Shown: positions 1 through 9,824, counted from the first letter of the stretch. The stretch is DNA of 64,000 nucleotides from Patescibacteria group bacterium (GCA_041659765.1 JBAZXR010000001.1:723338-787337), one strand, 5' to 3'. Notes: generated by a model not told the origin, from the letters alone. Made by a program: numbers and translations.

Positions 1-1
1 A

Positions 2-571
2 GCGCGAAGACTCCTTGAGCTGAACGACTACGCCGAAGTCATGGGACGCCCCTTCTCTGAGGTGTCCAGAGAACTCATGGAAAAGGCCGGCACCAACCTG
101 GCCCCTCATGACTACCGCCACATCTGGAACATCCACTATGCCAAACTGGTGGACGAGTTCGCCGCCGCACATGAAGGCGCTCTCCGCCTCTTCAAGATGA
201 TTCGCGAACGGCGACTCAAGATCGCCATCGTGAGTTCTAGTACGCGGATAGAGATGGAACGAGTCCTCCGGAAAACCGGCCTCGCCCCCTGGGCGGTAAA
301 CCTGGTGTCCGGGGACGACGTGACGGCAGTCAAGCCGTCTCCAGAGCCGTACGTGAAGGCCATGAAGCTCACGTTCACAGATCGCGACAGCGCGCTGGCC
401 CTAGAGGACACGGACGCTGGGTGCGAATCTGCCCTCGCAGCTGGATTGTCCGTCATCGGCGTCCGGCACGAGCTGAACGCGCGCCACCGCCTCCAGGGCA
501 CCCGCCATATCCTCTCCGTGCACGAGATGGCCAACCCCGAGCTCTTCCTGAGCCGCCTGCTCGAACCGTGA
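2..571 (+). CDS. HAD-superfamily phosphatase (beta-PGM/CbbY-like), 5'-truncated by window edge
   Basis: Frame is open from the window start; motif II (IVSSS), KPSPEPY and EDTDAG motifs. Confidence 0.85.
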   Translation, partial: ARRLLELNDYAEVMGRPFSEVSRELMEKAGTNLAPHDYRHIWNIHYAKLVDEFAAAHEGALRLFKMIRERRLKIAIVSSSTRIEMERVLRKTGLAPWAVNLVSGDDVTAVKPSPEPYVKAMKLTFTDRDSALALEDTDAGCESALAAGLSVIGVRHELNARHRLQGTRHILSVHEMANPELFLSRLLEP

Positions 572-584
572 CGCATCGTCCCCT

Positions 585-623
585 GCCCGCCTTGGCACTC
601 TGCTAAGGCGGGCTGCTATTTTT
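585..623 (+). terminator. Intrinsic terminator
   Basis: GCCCGCCTTGGCA/TGCTAAGGCGGGC hairpin followed by T-tract. Confidence 0.6.
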
Positions 624-735
624 CAGAGCCAGAAGGATAATGTCCGAGGGCTCCAAAAGGGTGGACGTCAGAGAGGCCTCAGGATGGACACCTTGACCGC
701 ATCCCGCGATGCATATAAGGTTCACCCCTTCAGGT

Positions 736-1869
736 ATGTCCCTCTCCCCCTCCGATCAAATTTTCCATACTATTAAACGCTCCGAGCGTCCGGTCATCGT
801 ATTGCCGGAGGTTTCGACCGTTGATCATTTTGCCTCAGCCTTTGGTCTGGCGGCGGTTATTAAGAAACTCGGTAAAGAAGCGGAGATTATTTCCTCAGGC
901 GGCCGAGCACCAGAAGCATTGTCATTTTTGAAAACTGCAAAAGAAGTGAAGGGCGACGTCCCAAACATCCGCACGCTAACCATTCACCTCAAAACCGCGA
1001 AGGCGGCTATAGACGAACTCTCCTATTCGAAGGTTGGCGAGGAGCTCCGCATTCACATCTCACCAAAGAACGGTTTTTGGACGCGTGATGACGTGACGAT
1101 CTCAACTACTGCCTACCGCTATGACCTGGTGATCGTGCTCGGGGCCGCGGACATGAAGTCCCTTGGCACGCTGCAGGAAAAGTACGCAGACTTTTTCTAT
1201 GAAACACCCATCATGAACATTGACCACGCTCAGGCCAATGAACATTTTGGTCAATTCAATGTAGTAGACGTTGGCTCCACAAGCGTTGGCGAGGTTCTAT
1301 ATCGTTTGTTCGAGAAGATCGACGCTACGTTGATCGATGCCGACACGGCTACGGCATTCCTAGCTGGCATGATTGCCAAGACGAAGAGCTTCCGCACACC
1401 GAACGTGACGCCAAAAACACTCGAAACCGCCAGCGGACTCATTGCAAAGGGCGCAAACCGCGAGGAAATAGTCGAGAAACTCTACAGAACAAGATCTGTC
1501 GAGACCTTGAGACTTTGGGGCCGTGCCCTTGCCCGTCTCAAGTCTGACGCCTCGATCGGACTGGTCTGGACTACCCTCACGCGCTCAGATTTCGCCACCG
1601 CGAGCGCTGACGAAAGCACGCTTGATGACATCGTTTCCGAGTTGCTGTCCACTGCTCCTGATGCGAAAGTTGTTGTACTCCTGCACGAAACCAAGGACGG
1701 ACACGTTGCCGGCCGTCTCTTCGCCGAGCGCCCGCATGATGCCCTGGCTCTCAGCTCCCCTTTCAAAGCCTCTGGCACTCGAGAAGCTACTCGGATCATT
1801 TTGACGCACAACGATATTGTCGAGGCCGAACGAAACGTAATTGGGCATTTGAAGAATGTACTGAAGTAA
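736..1869 (+). CDS. DHH/NrnA-like phosphoesterase with degenerate motifs
   Basis: NIDHAQANEHFG, ATAFLAGM..T.SF, RLWGRAL pattern typical of NrnA-like proteins; DHH reads DHA. Confidence 0.75.
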   Translation: MSLSPSDQIFHTIKRSERPVIVLPEVSTVDHFASAFGLAAVIKKLGKEAEIISSGGRAPEALSFLKTAKEVKGDVPNIRTLTIHLKTAKAAIDELSYSKVGEELRIHISPKNGFWTRDDVTISTTAYRYDLVIVLGAADMKSLGTLQEKYADFFYETPIMNIDHAQANEHFGQFNVVDVGSTSVGEVLYRLFEKIDATLIDADTATAFLAGMIAKTKSFRTPNVTPKTLETASGLIAKGANREEIVEKLYRTRSVETLRLWGRALARLKSDASIGLVWTTLTRSDFATASADESTLDDIVSELLSTAPDAKVVVLLHETKDGHVAGRLFAERPHDALALSSPFKASGTREATRIILTHNDIVEAERNVIGHLKNVLK

Positions 1870-1898
1870 TGAACGGTTTGTTTTGGTATACTTGGTTC

Positions 1899-3227
1899 AT
1901 GTTCGCGCTCTCTTACGCACGCCACGTTCCTGCACACGCGAGAATAGGAAAGTTTGTAGCCGATGAACCCCGGCTCAATGTTGCGTTTAAGCTGCTCAAA
2001 GATCATCCGGAGGCGGATGTACTAGTCACCGGCGGGACCGCCAGAGATGCAGTGATTGGAAAAGTGCCAAAGCATGTGCACCTGACCGTTCAAGGAATTC
2101 CTGAAAACGAGCTTCAAGAATGGTGTAATCGCCGGAATACTTCTAAAGACCTGGACATTCGTGTCCCTGCGTCCAGCATTTGGCATCCTGCCACAAGAAC
2201 CCTTGAGCACACTTCTCATCACACACTCCCCCTCGTCCATGACTTGGCACGCCGAGACGCAACCGTGAACGCTATGGCCTATTCGGTTCGCGACGGCATT
2301 TTGCACGATCCTTTTGACGGCTTAAACGACCTCGAAGAAAAGAGGCTCCGCACTATTGGCGATCCTGAACAACGATTCCATGAGGATCCCATTCGTATGC
2401 TGCGCTTCCTGCGGCTTGCGGGACATCTTGGGTTTTCTATCGAGGACCACGCCCTCCATACTATCCATAAGCTCGGGCGCAATCTGAACAGACTCGTTAG
2501 CGATGAAAACGGAAAGGCTCGCTATCACATTCCTCGCGCGCATCTTGGACGAGAATTCGTGTCTTCCCTCTCACAAAATGCCGGTGAAACCATCACACAC
2601 TTTTTCAAGTCTGGCGTCATGGGACACCTCGTGCCGGAAATCGCCAAGCTTGAGCACCTAGTCACGAGCCGCGGCATTCCGGGACATGAACATGCCGAGA
2701 CCGTCCTCTCGGACTTGCATGGCCACGGCGCTTCACCGGCCGTGACGCTTGCCGCCCTTCTCGCCATACTGGAGGACGAGAGTGTTGCCGCCTTCCATAA
2801 AGCAACTGAACGTCTCCACCTGCCCCTCCTTGAAAACGGTAGAAACCTTGTCGCTGATGTTGATCACCTTCTCAAACACCGGAATATCCTTGTCGATCAA
2901 GACCCGCTCGAGCTTTCACATGCCGAATTCGAGCACGTCTTTGGTGGACCAAAAGGGGACGATCTCCTCCTATTCTTACACGCACTGGCCGTCACTGGCG
3001 GACACAATTCGCAGGCTCGCGAACGCTGGTACGTGGCCAAACGGAGAAAAGACGAGATGCCAAACACAGCTCCGCCTGAACTCGTCCGCGGCCGGGATTT
3101 GCTCTCCCTTGGCCTCTCCCCCGGCCGTCATCTCCGAGAGATTATGCGTAAAATCAGGAACGAACAACTGTCCGGCAAGCTTTGGACCAAGGCCGACGCC
3201 CTCGAGTTTGCGCGATCGATCACTTGA
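1899..3227 (+). CDS. CCA-adding enzyme/poly(A) polymerase family protein (catalytic DxD replaced by HxH)
   Basis: GGTARD, DLARRDATVNAMA, DPFDG, EDPIRMLR and C-terminal GRDLLSLGLSPG motifs. Confidence 0.85.
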   Translation: MFALSYARHVPAHARIGKFVADEPRLNVAFKLLKDHPEADVLVTGGTARDAVIGKVPKHVHLTVQGIPENELQEWCNRRNTSKDLDIRVPASSIWHPATRTLEHTSHHTLPLVHDLARRDATVNAMAYSVRDGILHDPFDGLNDLEEKRLRTIGDPEQRFHEDPIRMLRFLRLAGHLGFSIEDHALHTIHKLGRNLNRLVSDENGKARYHIPRAHLGREFVSSLSQNAGETITHFFKSGVMGHLVPEIAKLEHLVTSRGIPGHEHAETVLSDLHGHGASPAVTLAALLAILEDESVAAFHKATERLHLPLLENGRNLVADVDHLLKHRNILVDQDPLELSHAEFEHVFGGPKGDDLLLFLHALAVTGGHNSQARERWYVAKRRKDEMPNTAPPELVRGRDLLSLGLSPGRHLREIMRKIRNEQLSGKLWTKADALEFARSIT

Positions 3228-3300
3228 GACGAAACAAAAGCCCGTGAGGAACTGTTAGGAGGTAATCCGACTCCAGTTCCGAACGGGCTTTTGGTTTGTC
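3228..3300. terminator. Long bidirectional hairpin between convergent genes
   Basis: AAACAAAAGCCCGT...ACGGGCTTTTGGTTT inverted repeat. Confidence 0.6.
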
Positions 3301-3312
3301 GAAACAGAGTGG

Positions 3313-4071
3313 TCAGGGTCTCATCCCTGGAGCAGATGCTCGACCAATGGCCGGCATGTGCTTCACTCCAATTGCGTGAATAGATCCATCAGCGGCTTGC
3401 CCGAAAACAATCACCATTTCCCCTACTCTGACCGCAACCGGAGGAGCTAAACGGGTCTGGCGCGTAACTTGAACATCAACAATCTGCCCTCCCCGACCTC
3501 TAAGTAAAAAGCCGTGTTCCTCTACCTCGGCCACCATACCTCGGTGCAACTTCGGTAGATCTGGCTGGACAACCGAGTGGTAAAGCGGGCGCATGATTGG
3601 CACATTGGCTGATTCAGCAACCTCATATACGCCTTCATGTACCTTGGCGGTAGCCACCAGAACGGTACCGAGCGTCAAACACGCGGCAATGCCGAAAACT
3701 GAGTACAAAAGCGGCTGGCGATACGCAAAGGCGTAACGGAGAAGCCAGAACTCGAGCGCGAAAGCGGCCACGAGAAGAAGTGCGATCGGCACCCAGGGTA
3801 GTGACAGCAAAAATTCACGTAAACCCTCGCCGCCAAACTCCGGCAAAGCCAAAACGCCGGATTCGCGCAGAGAAAAATGGATGAGAGTGATCACGAAGAG
3901 CACTATCAGGAAGCTGGCCAAAAGGCCGATCCCGGAAAGAACCGTCACCGCGGTAAAACGCCACTTCGGCGTAACCAAAACCGCGCCCTCATCAATTTGC
4001 TGAAGGACCAATTCTTTTATCGTGGGTTGTGCCTGGAGGTTTTCCATACTAGGAGACGTGCGAGGGATCAA
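3313..4071 (-). CDS. Membrane protein, probable anti-sigma factor with C-terminal OB-like (DUF5666-like) domain
   Basis: 3 TM segments; overlaps the end of the upstream ECF sigma gene. Confidence 0.55.
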   Translation of the reverse strand: MIPRTSPSMENLQAQPTIKELVLQQIDEGAVLVTPKWRFTAVTVLSGIGLLASFLIVLFVITLIHFSLRESGVLALPEFGGEGLREFLLSLPWVPIALLLVAAFALEFWLLRYAFAYRQPLLYSVFGIAACLTLGTVLVATAKVHEGVYEVAESANVPIMRPLYHSVVQPDLPKLHRGMVAEVEEHGFLLRGRGGQIVDVQVTRQTRLAPPVAVRVGEMVIVFGQAADGSIHAIGVKHMPAIGRASAPGMRP

Positions 4072-4618
4072 TCACCTTTTTGAGAGCGTCACGGCCTCGT
4101 TTGAGACGAACACCCACCGTTGATACCGGAATGTGCAGAATGTCCGCAATGTCTTCATACGACAAGTCTTCGAAGTAGTAGAGGACAAGCGGTTCTCTGT
4201 ATTTCGCATCCAGTGTGCCGAGTGACTCGTCGAGCGCTCGCCGAAGTTCCTTATCTATCACTTCCCTATCTGACGATTCCTTGCCGGCGACGTGAGGAAA
4301 CAAAGTATCGGGGTCAAAGAACGATAACGGCTCACGTGAGCGTTTCTTTATGGCGTTAACAAAGACGTTATGGGCTATCCGGTATATCCAGGGCGAAAAT
4401 TTCCTTGAGGAATCATAACTTTGAATATTCATGTACGACTTCAAGAACACCTCCTGGACTAGATCCGCCACTTCCTCTTTTTGCGAAAGGAAACGCCGGC
4501 CGTACCCAAGAAGTTTCTTCTCAAACCGTTCCAGAAGGAGTCCAAAAGCTAACTGGTCTCCATTCTCCTGGACCCGGCGCGCGAGTTCTTCGTCTGAAAG
4601 ATCTTGCATACTGCGCAT
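4049..4618 (-). CDS. ECF RNA polymerase sigma factor (SigW/RpoE-like)
   Basis: DLVQEVFLK, FSPWIYRIAHN, LSYEDIADIL..PVSTV region 2/4 motifs. Confidence 0.93.
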   Translation of the reverse strand: MRSMQDLSDEELARRVQENGDQLAFGLLLERFEKKLLGYGRRFLSQKEEVADLVQEVFLKSYMNIQSYDSSRKFSPWIYRIAHNVFVNAIKKRSREPLSFFDPDTLFPHVAGKESSDREVIDKELRRALDESLGTLDAKYREPLVLYYFEDLSYEDIADILHIPVSTVGVRLKRGRDALKKVIDPSHVS

Positions 4619-4683
4619 TTGGTACTACACCAGAAAAACTGGTTTATTTCAACAAAAAATCCCACCGCTTGGATGGGATCTTT

Positions 4684-4760
4684 TGGTGCGCGCACCAGGA
4701 CTCGAACCTGGGACCTTTACAATGTCAATGTAACGCTCTAACCAACTGAGCTATGCGCGC
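4684..4760 (-). tRNA. tRNA-Val(GAC)
   Basis: Cloverleaf GCGCGCATAGCTCAGTTGG...TTACA-TT-GAC-AT-TGTAA...TTCGAGTCC...ACCA. Confidence 0.96.
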
Positions 4761-4798
4761 AAATTGCTGAGAGAGTGTACGTTTCACTCCCGTCCATG

Positions 4799-5203
4799 TC
4801 AATCATTCCCGTGAATGTCGCGCGGGCGCTCAGGGGCGCGGGAGATGAAAAGCAAGATAATGCCGGCACCGAGCAAAAAGAGAAACCACAGGCCGGCGGC
4901 GGAAAGTATCTCCCGTGACGCACAAGTGAATAAACTGGGCAAAAACTGCGTGATGTCAGACGTGGGAGCCGTGGCTAGGCATGCGCTCGGGCCGCGCGTG
5001 TGTGTCGCCAGTAAACCCATCCAAGCTGCGCCAAAGGCAGTGCCGGCTGAAAAAACGGTAAACAAACAACTAAACCGATTTTTGTTCAAACGAAGGAATC
5101 GAACGAGTCCGACCACTGCAAAAATGACTCCGCCGACAGTCCAAAAAAGCACAAACCACAGGAGGGCGAGAATCAAAAGATAACCAATTGGTTCGTTCGA
5201 CAT
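4799..5203 (-). CDS. Hypothetical membrane protein
   Basis: 134-aa ORF with 3 hydrophobic segments. Confidence 0.6.
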   Translation of the reverse strand: MSNEPIGYLLILALLWFVLFWTVGGVIFAVVGLVRFLRLNKNRFSCLFTVFSAGTAFGAAWMGLLATHTRGPSACLATAPTSDITQFLPSLFTCASREILSAAGLWFLFLLGAGIILLFISRAPERPRDIHGND

Positions 5204-5206
5204 AGG

Positions 5207-5365
5207 TTAGTTAACGGACATGGCCAGTAAAACGACGATACTGGAGCCGATAGCGGCAATCGCGAGTACCCAAGCCAAGGTTACAAACAGTGGCAGTTCT
5301 CTGCGAGAACCAACGATCGCAAAAAATACAGCAAGAAATAAGAGGGAAAAGGGAACGAAAATCAT
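5207..5365 (-). CDS. Small two-TM membrane protein
   Basis: MIFVPFSLL... 52 aa, directly downstream of tRNA-Ile and 3 bp before the next gene. Confidence 0.5.
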   Translation of the reverse strand: MIFVPFSLLFLAVFFAIVGSRRELPLFVTLAWVLAIAAIGSSIVVLLAMSVN

Positions 5366-5382
5366 ATTAGGGTTAGTTTTTC

Positions 5383-5459
5383 TGGTGGATCCGCCTGGAC
5401 TTGAACCAGGGACCACCGAGGTATAAGCTCGGCGCTCTAACCAACTGAGCTACGGATCC
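5383..5459 (-). tRNA. tRNA-Ile(UAU)
   Basis: GGATCCGTAGCTCAGTTGG...CCGAG-CT-TAT-AC-CTCGG...TTCAAGTCC...ACCA; anticodon TAT. Confidence 0.92.
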
Positions 5460-5531
5460 ACGTTTATTGGCTAACCTTACTTCATTTCACCCTTTCTGGC
5501 AAGGAACTGAATGGCATGGTAGCATTTTGCC

Positions 5532-6434
5532 ATGAAATCCGCGACTGTTAAGATTAAAACTCCGGGCAGACTTGATATCGCGTTAGCTGAAGCCTTAGAT
5601 ATCAGCCGATCCCAAGCACAAAAACTTGTTCAATCAGGCCGAGTTTCAGTTACTGAAAAAAAGGCCTCGCCTCACCTTGAGGTGACAGAAACAAGTGAGA
5701 TTAAGGTCGAAGCGGCCCCAGCCAAACCAAGAAAGAAGGCCGCCGCCAAGCTCGATATTATTTTCGAAGATGACGATGTTATTGTGGTTAACAAACCCTC
5801 CGGTGTCCTCGTGCACCGCGCAGAAGGCCAGGATGGCGCAGCCTTGCTCGACTCGCTCTTGAAGCACTCGCCCAAAATGAAGAAGGCTGGCGCAGAAGAA
5901 AAGCGTTCCGGCATCGTGCATCGTTTAGACAAAGAAGCGTCAGGAGTGCTCATCGCCGCCAAAACCCCAAAGGCCTTCGAGTTCCTGAAGAAACAATTTA
6001 AGGAAAGACTAACTGAGAAACACTACACCGTTTTTGTCATGGGCAAGGTTCGCGATGAACTCGGCACGATCAACTTCCCTATCGCCCGCTCAACGACCAG
6101 AGCTAGAATGGCCGCTCGACCACTCAGCCAAGAAGGTAAAGAAGCGATTACCCATTACGACGTTATTGGTCGCTATTCTGTCGGTACATTACTCGACGTA
6201 AAGATCGAGACTGGCCGCACGCACCAAATCCGCGCCCACATGTTCGCTATTGGCCACCCTGTTGGCGGAGACACCCTCTACAAGCGCAAGGACATCAAGG
6301 ACATCAAGCTCCCCCGCCTGTTCCTGCATGCTCGAGCCTTGACGATCAACCTCCCGAGCGGTGAACGAAAGACGTTCGAGGCGCCATTGCCGAAAGAACT
6401 CGAAGACGCGCTCGCGGCTTTGAAAAAAGTATGA
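5532..6434 (+). CDS. rluD: RluA/RluD-family 23S rRNA pseudouridine synthase
   Basis: S4 domain, VNKPSG, HRLDKEASG, TGRTHQIRAH. Confidence 0.9.
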   Translation: MKSATVKIKTPGRLDIALAEALDISRSQAQKLVQSGRVSVTEKKASPHLEVTETSEIKVEAAPAKPRKKAAAKLDIIFEDDDVIVVNKPSGVLVHRAEGQDGAALLDSLLKHSPKMKKAGAEEKRSGIVHRLDKEASGVLIAAKTPKAFEFLKKQFKERLTEKHYTVFVMGKVRDELGTINFPIARSTTRARMAARPLSQEGKEAITHYDVIGRYSVGTLLDVKIETGRTHQIRAHMFAIGHPVGGDTLYKRKDIKDIKLPRLFLHARALTINLPSGERKTFEAPLPKELEDALAALKKV

Positions 6435-6985
6435 TCATAACCCTCTCCGGGCTGCCTGGTGCTGGAAAGTCGACCTTGAAGAATCTTCTGGCCGAACAAC
6501 TCGGCCTGAAGAAATACTCGATGGGCGACCTTCGCGGGAAAATGGCCCAGGAGCGCGGGATGACAATCGACGAGTTCAATAAGCTCGGCGAGACTGAAGC
6601 GTTTACAGACAAAGACGCAGACGAATACCAAAAAAAGCTCGGCGAAACTGAAAATAACTTCGTGATTGATGGGCGGCTATCCTGGCACTTCATCCCACAG
6701 AGCTTCAAAGTATTCCTAGATGTTGATACTCGTGCAGCTGCAGAACGTATCTTTGCCGACCGAAAGGCCAACACGACCAGAGACGATGAACCCGAATATC
6801 AAACAGTCGAAGAAGTGGAAAAAGCCATCACCGACCGGCTAAAAAGCGACCAATCGCGTTATAAAAAGTGGTACAACATAGACTTCCTAGACAAGAGCAA
6901 TTACGACCTAGTTATTGATACTACCCATATTCCGGCTTCTGAAACGCTGGGAAAAGTCCTTGACGCGGTTCAGAATCTCCGCTAA
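6431..6985 (+). CDS. cmk: Cytidylate kinase (archaeal-type)
   Basis: ITLSGLPGAGKST P-loop, DGRLS, RYKKWYNID..YDLVIDT. Confidence 0.85.
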   Translation: MIITLSGLPGAGKSTLKNLLAEQLGLKKYSMGDLRGKMAQERGMTIDEFNKLGETEAFTDKDADEYQKKLGETENNFVIDGRLSWHFIPQSFKVFLDVDTRAAAERIFADRKANTTRDDEPEYQTVEEVEKAITDRLKSDQSRYKKWYNIDFLDKSNYDLVIDTTHIPASETLGKVLDAVQNLR

Positions 6986-6997
6986 ACTCCCGCCCGT

Positions 6998-7336
6998 ATG
7001 ACCGAAGCAGAAATGAATCTAATTGTCCCCGGTGCCGTCCTTAAAGTCCACGAGAAGATCGAGGACGTGAACGGTAAGGGTGAAAAGCGCGAGCGCGTGC
7101 AGATTTTTGAGGGCCTAGTCCTCGGAGTTCGCGGTGCCAGCACGTCTAAGACCTTCACTATCCGCAAGGAAACTGATGGCTTTGGTGTAGAAAAGATTTT
7201 CCCAGTCTCCTCCCCAAACCTGGTGAAGATTGAATCCATGAAAGTCTTCAAAGTCCGCCGAGCCAAGCTCCAGTTCGTGAAAGACTTTGACCGCAAGTTC
7301 AAAGAAGTGAAGAAAGTTAAAGTAGCAGTAAAGTAA
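6998..7336 (+). CDS. rplS: 50S ribosomal protein L19
   Basis: RVQIFEGLV, TFTIRK, GVEKIFP, VRRAKL. Confidence 0.97.
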   Translation: MTEAEMNLIVPGAVLKVHEKIEDVNGKGEKRERVQIFEGLVLGVRGASTSKTFTIRKETDGFGVEKIFPVSSPNLVKIESMKVFKVRRAKLQFVKDFDRKFKEVKKVKVAVK

Positions 7337-7374
7337 AACAAAAACTTCCGCCTGAGGCGGAAGTTTTTGTTTTT
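7335..7374. terminator. Bidirectional intrinsic terminator
   Basis: AAAACAAAAACTTCCGCC-TGA-GGCGGAAGTTTTTGTTTTT. Confidence 0.85.
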
Positions 7375-7388
7375 ACGAGCTATCAGCG

Positions 7389-8861
7389 CTAGCCTTCTGT
7401 TAGGCACTGATTATTAGTTATACCGGTAATGAAATTAACTATAGTCCCATAAACTGGTACGTAATCAACCGCCGAAGCTATTCCTGACGGCACGTAAAAA
7501 CCGCATTTCTTACCAATAGCCTTTGCAACTCCGCATGGATCAGTTTCACAGACTTTGGCAGCATGAGAATAATCATATGATTCCACGCTGCTGATAGCCA
7601 CTGCATTATAGCTGAGGAGGTCGGCTTTTGGGCGATAAATATTTACCTTATCATAGGCAGAACATGGATTTTCGGCGGTAACGTCCGATTGCACTGTCTT
7701 GCAGTCAATGTAAGTAGGGTTCAGACTTCCCGGAGTGAATGCAGATACGCACACACTAGTCCCCAAATATCCGCCGTCATCAAACGAGCAGAAGTATTTA
7801 TGGTTATCGTCTTTGTCACTTGTATCGGCTACTTTAAGGGCCGCGGAACAGGAAGCATCGCTTGGTGTCAGACCTTCGGTGGCAGTTATTGTATTAATGT
7901 TCGGACACAATATGCAACTCATTTTACTGCCGGAACCCATACAGGCACCGCCATCAAAACAATGACTATACTGACATTTATCCCCCACTTTCCAATTTGT
8001 ATTTTTAACCTCTAGCTTAACATTATCAATGCTCTGAATAACGCCCTCTTTACCGCAAACCTTCTCAGCTGACGCATTAATATCAAAGCCATTATCCTCC
8101 AGGTACTCACATGAAGCGTTTGGGTCTATAAGGATAATTCGCTTGATGAGAGGGGTGCGAAGAGCAATAAGATTTACCAGTCTGGGATCAAGAAGAGAGG
8201 CTATGGCGTAAGCAGACAAGAGAAGCACTAGGCCAATGAGAGCGTTTGAAATACGTGTTTTTGCCTTATCCAGTCTCTTAGAATTACCGCCCGCCACTAC
8301 ATATTCAAGACCGCCAACCATGATCATGACAACCGCAATCAAGGACATGGCAGGCAGAAGAAACTGATAGGCCAAGGCTAGATACTCATGAAAACCTAAC
8401 ACGGTAGTACGGCCAAGGATCGGAACGTTCAAGTTAACCCCGGTAGCTGGGGCAAAACAATAACCTCTGGCTTCTCTGTTTTTAGTCTCAGTGCAGTTAA
8501 TATTCTGGCCGGCCCAGGTGCCAGGTTTGGGCGCTCCGTTGCGATCAGTCGCGTATTCGGCACACTCCTTTTCCGTCCAACATTTACCATCATTGTCTGG
8601 CAACGGTTGACCGGCAGCGAAACAACCAATGGGGGTCAGTTTTCTCTCGTTACATAGAGAGGAACATTCGGCCATGGTTTGCTTAGTCCCAGAATTGACC
8701 GCTCCATGAGCGTCACTTCCACAATAGCACTGGCATGACCCAGCGGCTGGTGGTACTTGAGCAGAAACTTTCGGCAACGAAAAAACTAACGACTGGAAAC
8801 AAAGTGCCAAGAGTAAACTAATTTTGCAAAAATGCCTGGAGAACTTCTTTAAAAATTGCAT
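7389..8861 (-). CDS. Cys-rich CPR-type pilin (TrbC/VirB2-like core)
   Basis: Signal peptide; AVVMIMVGGLEY..AGGN...AK.RI.NALIGLVLLL..Y core flanked by Cys-rich domains. Confidence 0.75.
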   Translation of the reverse strand: MQFLKKFSRHFCKISLLLALCFQSLVFSLPKVSAQVPPAAGSCQCYCGSDAHGAVNSGTKQTMAECSSLCNERKLTPIGCFAAGQPLPDNDGKCWTEKECAEYATDRNGAPKPGTWAGQNINCTETKNREARGYCFAPATGVNLNVPILGRTTVLGFHEYLALAYQFLLPAMSLIAVVMIMVGGLEYVVAGGNSKRLDKAKTRISNALIGLVLLLSAYAIASLLDPRLVNLIALRTPLIKRIILIDPNASCEYLEDNGFDINASAEKVCGKEGVIQSIDNVKLEVKNTNWKVGDKCQYSHCFDGGACMGSGSKMSCILCPNINTITATEGLTPSDASCSAALKVADTSDKDDNHKYFCSFDDGGYLGTSVCVSAFTPGSLNPTYIDCKTVQSDVTAENPCSAYDKVNIYRPKADLLSYNAVAISSVESYDYSHAAKVCETDPCGVAKAIGKKCGFYVPSGIASAVDYVPVYGTIVNFITGITNNQCLTEG

Positions 8862-9561
8862 AGGGTACCGCGCCTTCTACTTTAACGCCGTTTACAAAAA
8901 ATGTTGGAGTGCCAATAACGCTGGCGTTCACGCCGTCGGTCAGGTCAGTTTGGACTTCATTAGTATACTTCCCGCTCGTGAGACATGTCTTAAAAGTATC
9001 CGCATTCAAGTCCAAGCCTTCGGCTAAACCAATCAGCTTATCCTGAGTTAGCTCGCTCTGGCGGGCAAAAATAGCATCATGAAACTCCCAAAATTTGCCC
9101 TGCTCAGCCGCGCACTCCCCCGCTTGAGCTGCGAGCGTAGCACCCGGGTGCAGTTCGTCGAGCGGGAAATCTCGATAGATGAAACGTACCGTATCCGGAA
9201 ACTCTTTGGCTAGCGCTCGCACAACGTAATTCTCTTCGGCGGAAAACGGGCAGCCAAAATCAGCAAACTCGACCACCGTTACCTTTGCCGTCTGTGAACC
9301 GAGTGTCGGATCGTCAGAACTCGCCAGAACCCCGCTTCCAGGAGCCTGCCCGGCTAATGCCTTTAAACTTTCCAGGCGAACAGCGGTTGAGCCATACCGC
9401 AGCCTACTCAAATCCACCGTGCCGTGTTTGATCTGCTGAGCGTAGGTAAAAACACGCCAAGAGAAAACAAAAAGAAGGATAAGTACTATCCCTACCCCAA
9501 TGGTTGCAATGACCTTTTCGGTCCGACTACCCGGCTCTTCCATACCCACATAGGATAGCAT
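8818..9561 (-). CDS. DsbA-family thioredoxin-fold protein
   Basis: EFADFGCPFS, YRDFPL..HP, GTPTFFVNG; CxxS variant. Confidence 0.88.
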   Translation of the reverse strand: MLSYVGMEEPGSRTEKVIATIGVGIVLILLFVFSWRVFTYAQQIKHGTVDLSRLRYGSTAVRLESLKALAGQAPGSGVLASSDDPTLGSQTAKVTVVEFADFGCPFSAEENYVVRALAKEFPDTVRFIYRDFPLDELHPGATLAAQAGECAAEQGKFWEFHDAIFARQSELTQDKLIGLAEGLDLNADTFKTCLTSGKYTNEVQTDLTDGVNASVIGTPTFFVNGVKVEGAVPYAIFKEVLQAFLQN

Positions 9562-9608
9562 GCTTAACCTTTACGAATTTAGGCAGGTTTGGTAGCATAG
9601 GCAGTAAT

Positions 9609-9824
9609 ATGATTCTCAACATTGCCCAACTGGTACTCTCAATTCTCCTCACCGCCGCGATTCTTATGCAGGCGCGCGGAAGCGGAGCTGGAATTGCCTT
9701 TGGCGGAGATGGCAACGTTTATCGCACTCGCCGTGGCGTAGAAAAGAAGCTCCATGCTGCCACCGTAGTTATTGCTATACTGTTCCTAGCCGTTGCACTT
9801 GCCAACGTTTTGCTTTCAATCTAG
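9609..9824 (+). CDS. secG: Preprotein translocase subunit SecG
   Basis: ILMQARGSG.G.AFGG...TRRGVEK. Confidence 0.92.
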   Translation: MILNIAQLVLSILLTAAILMQARGSGAGIAFGGDGNVYRTRRGVEKKLHAATVVIAILFLAVALANVLLSI

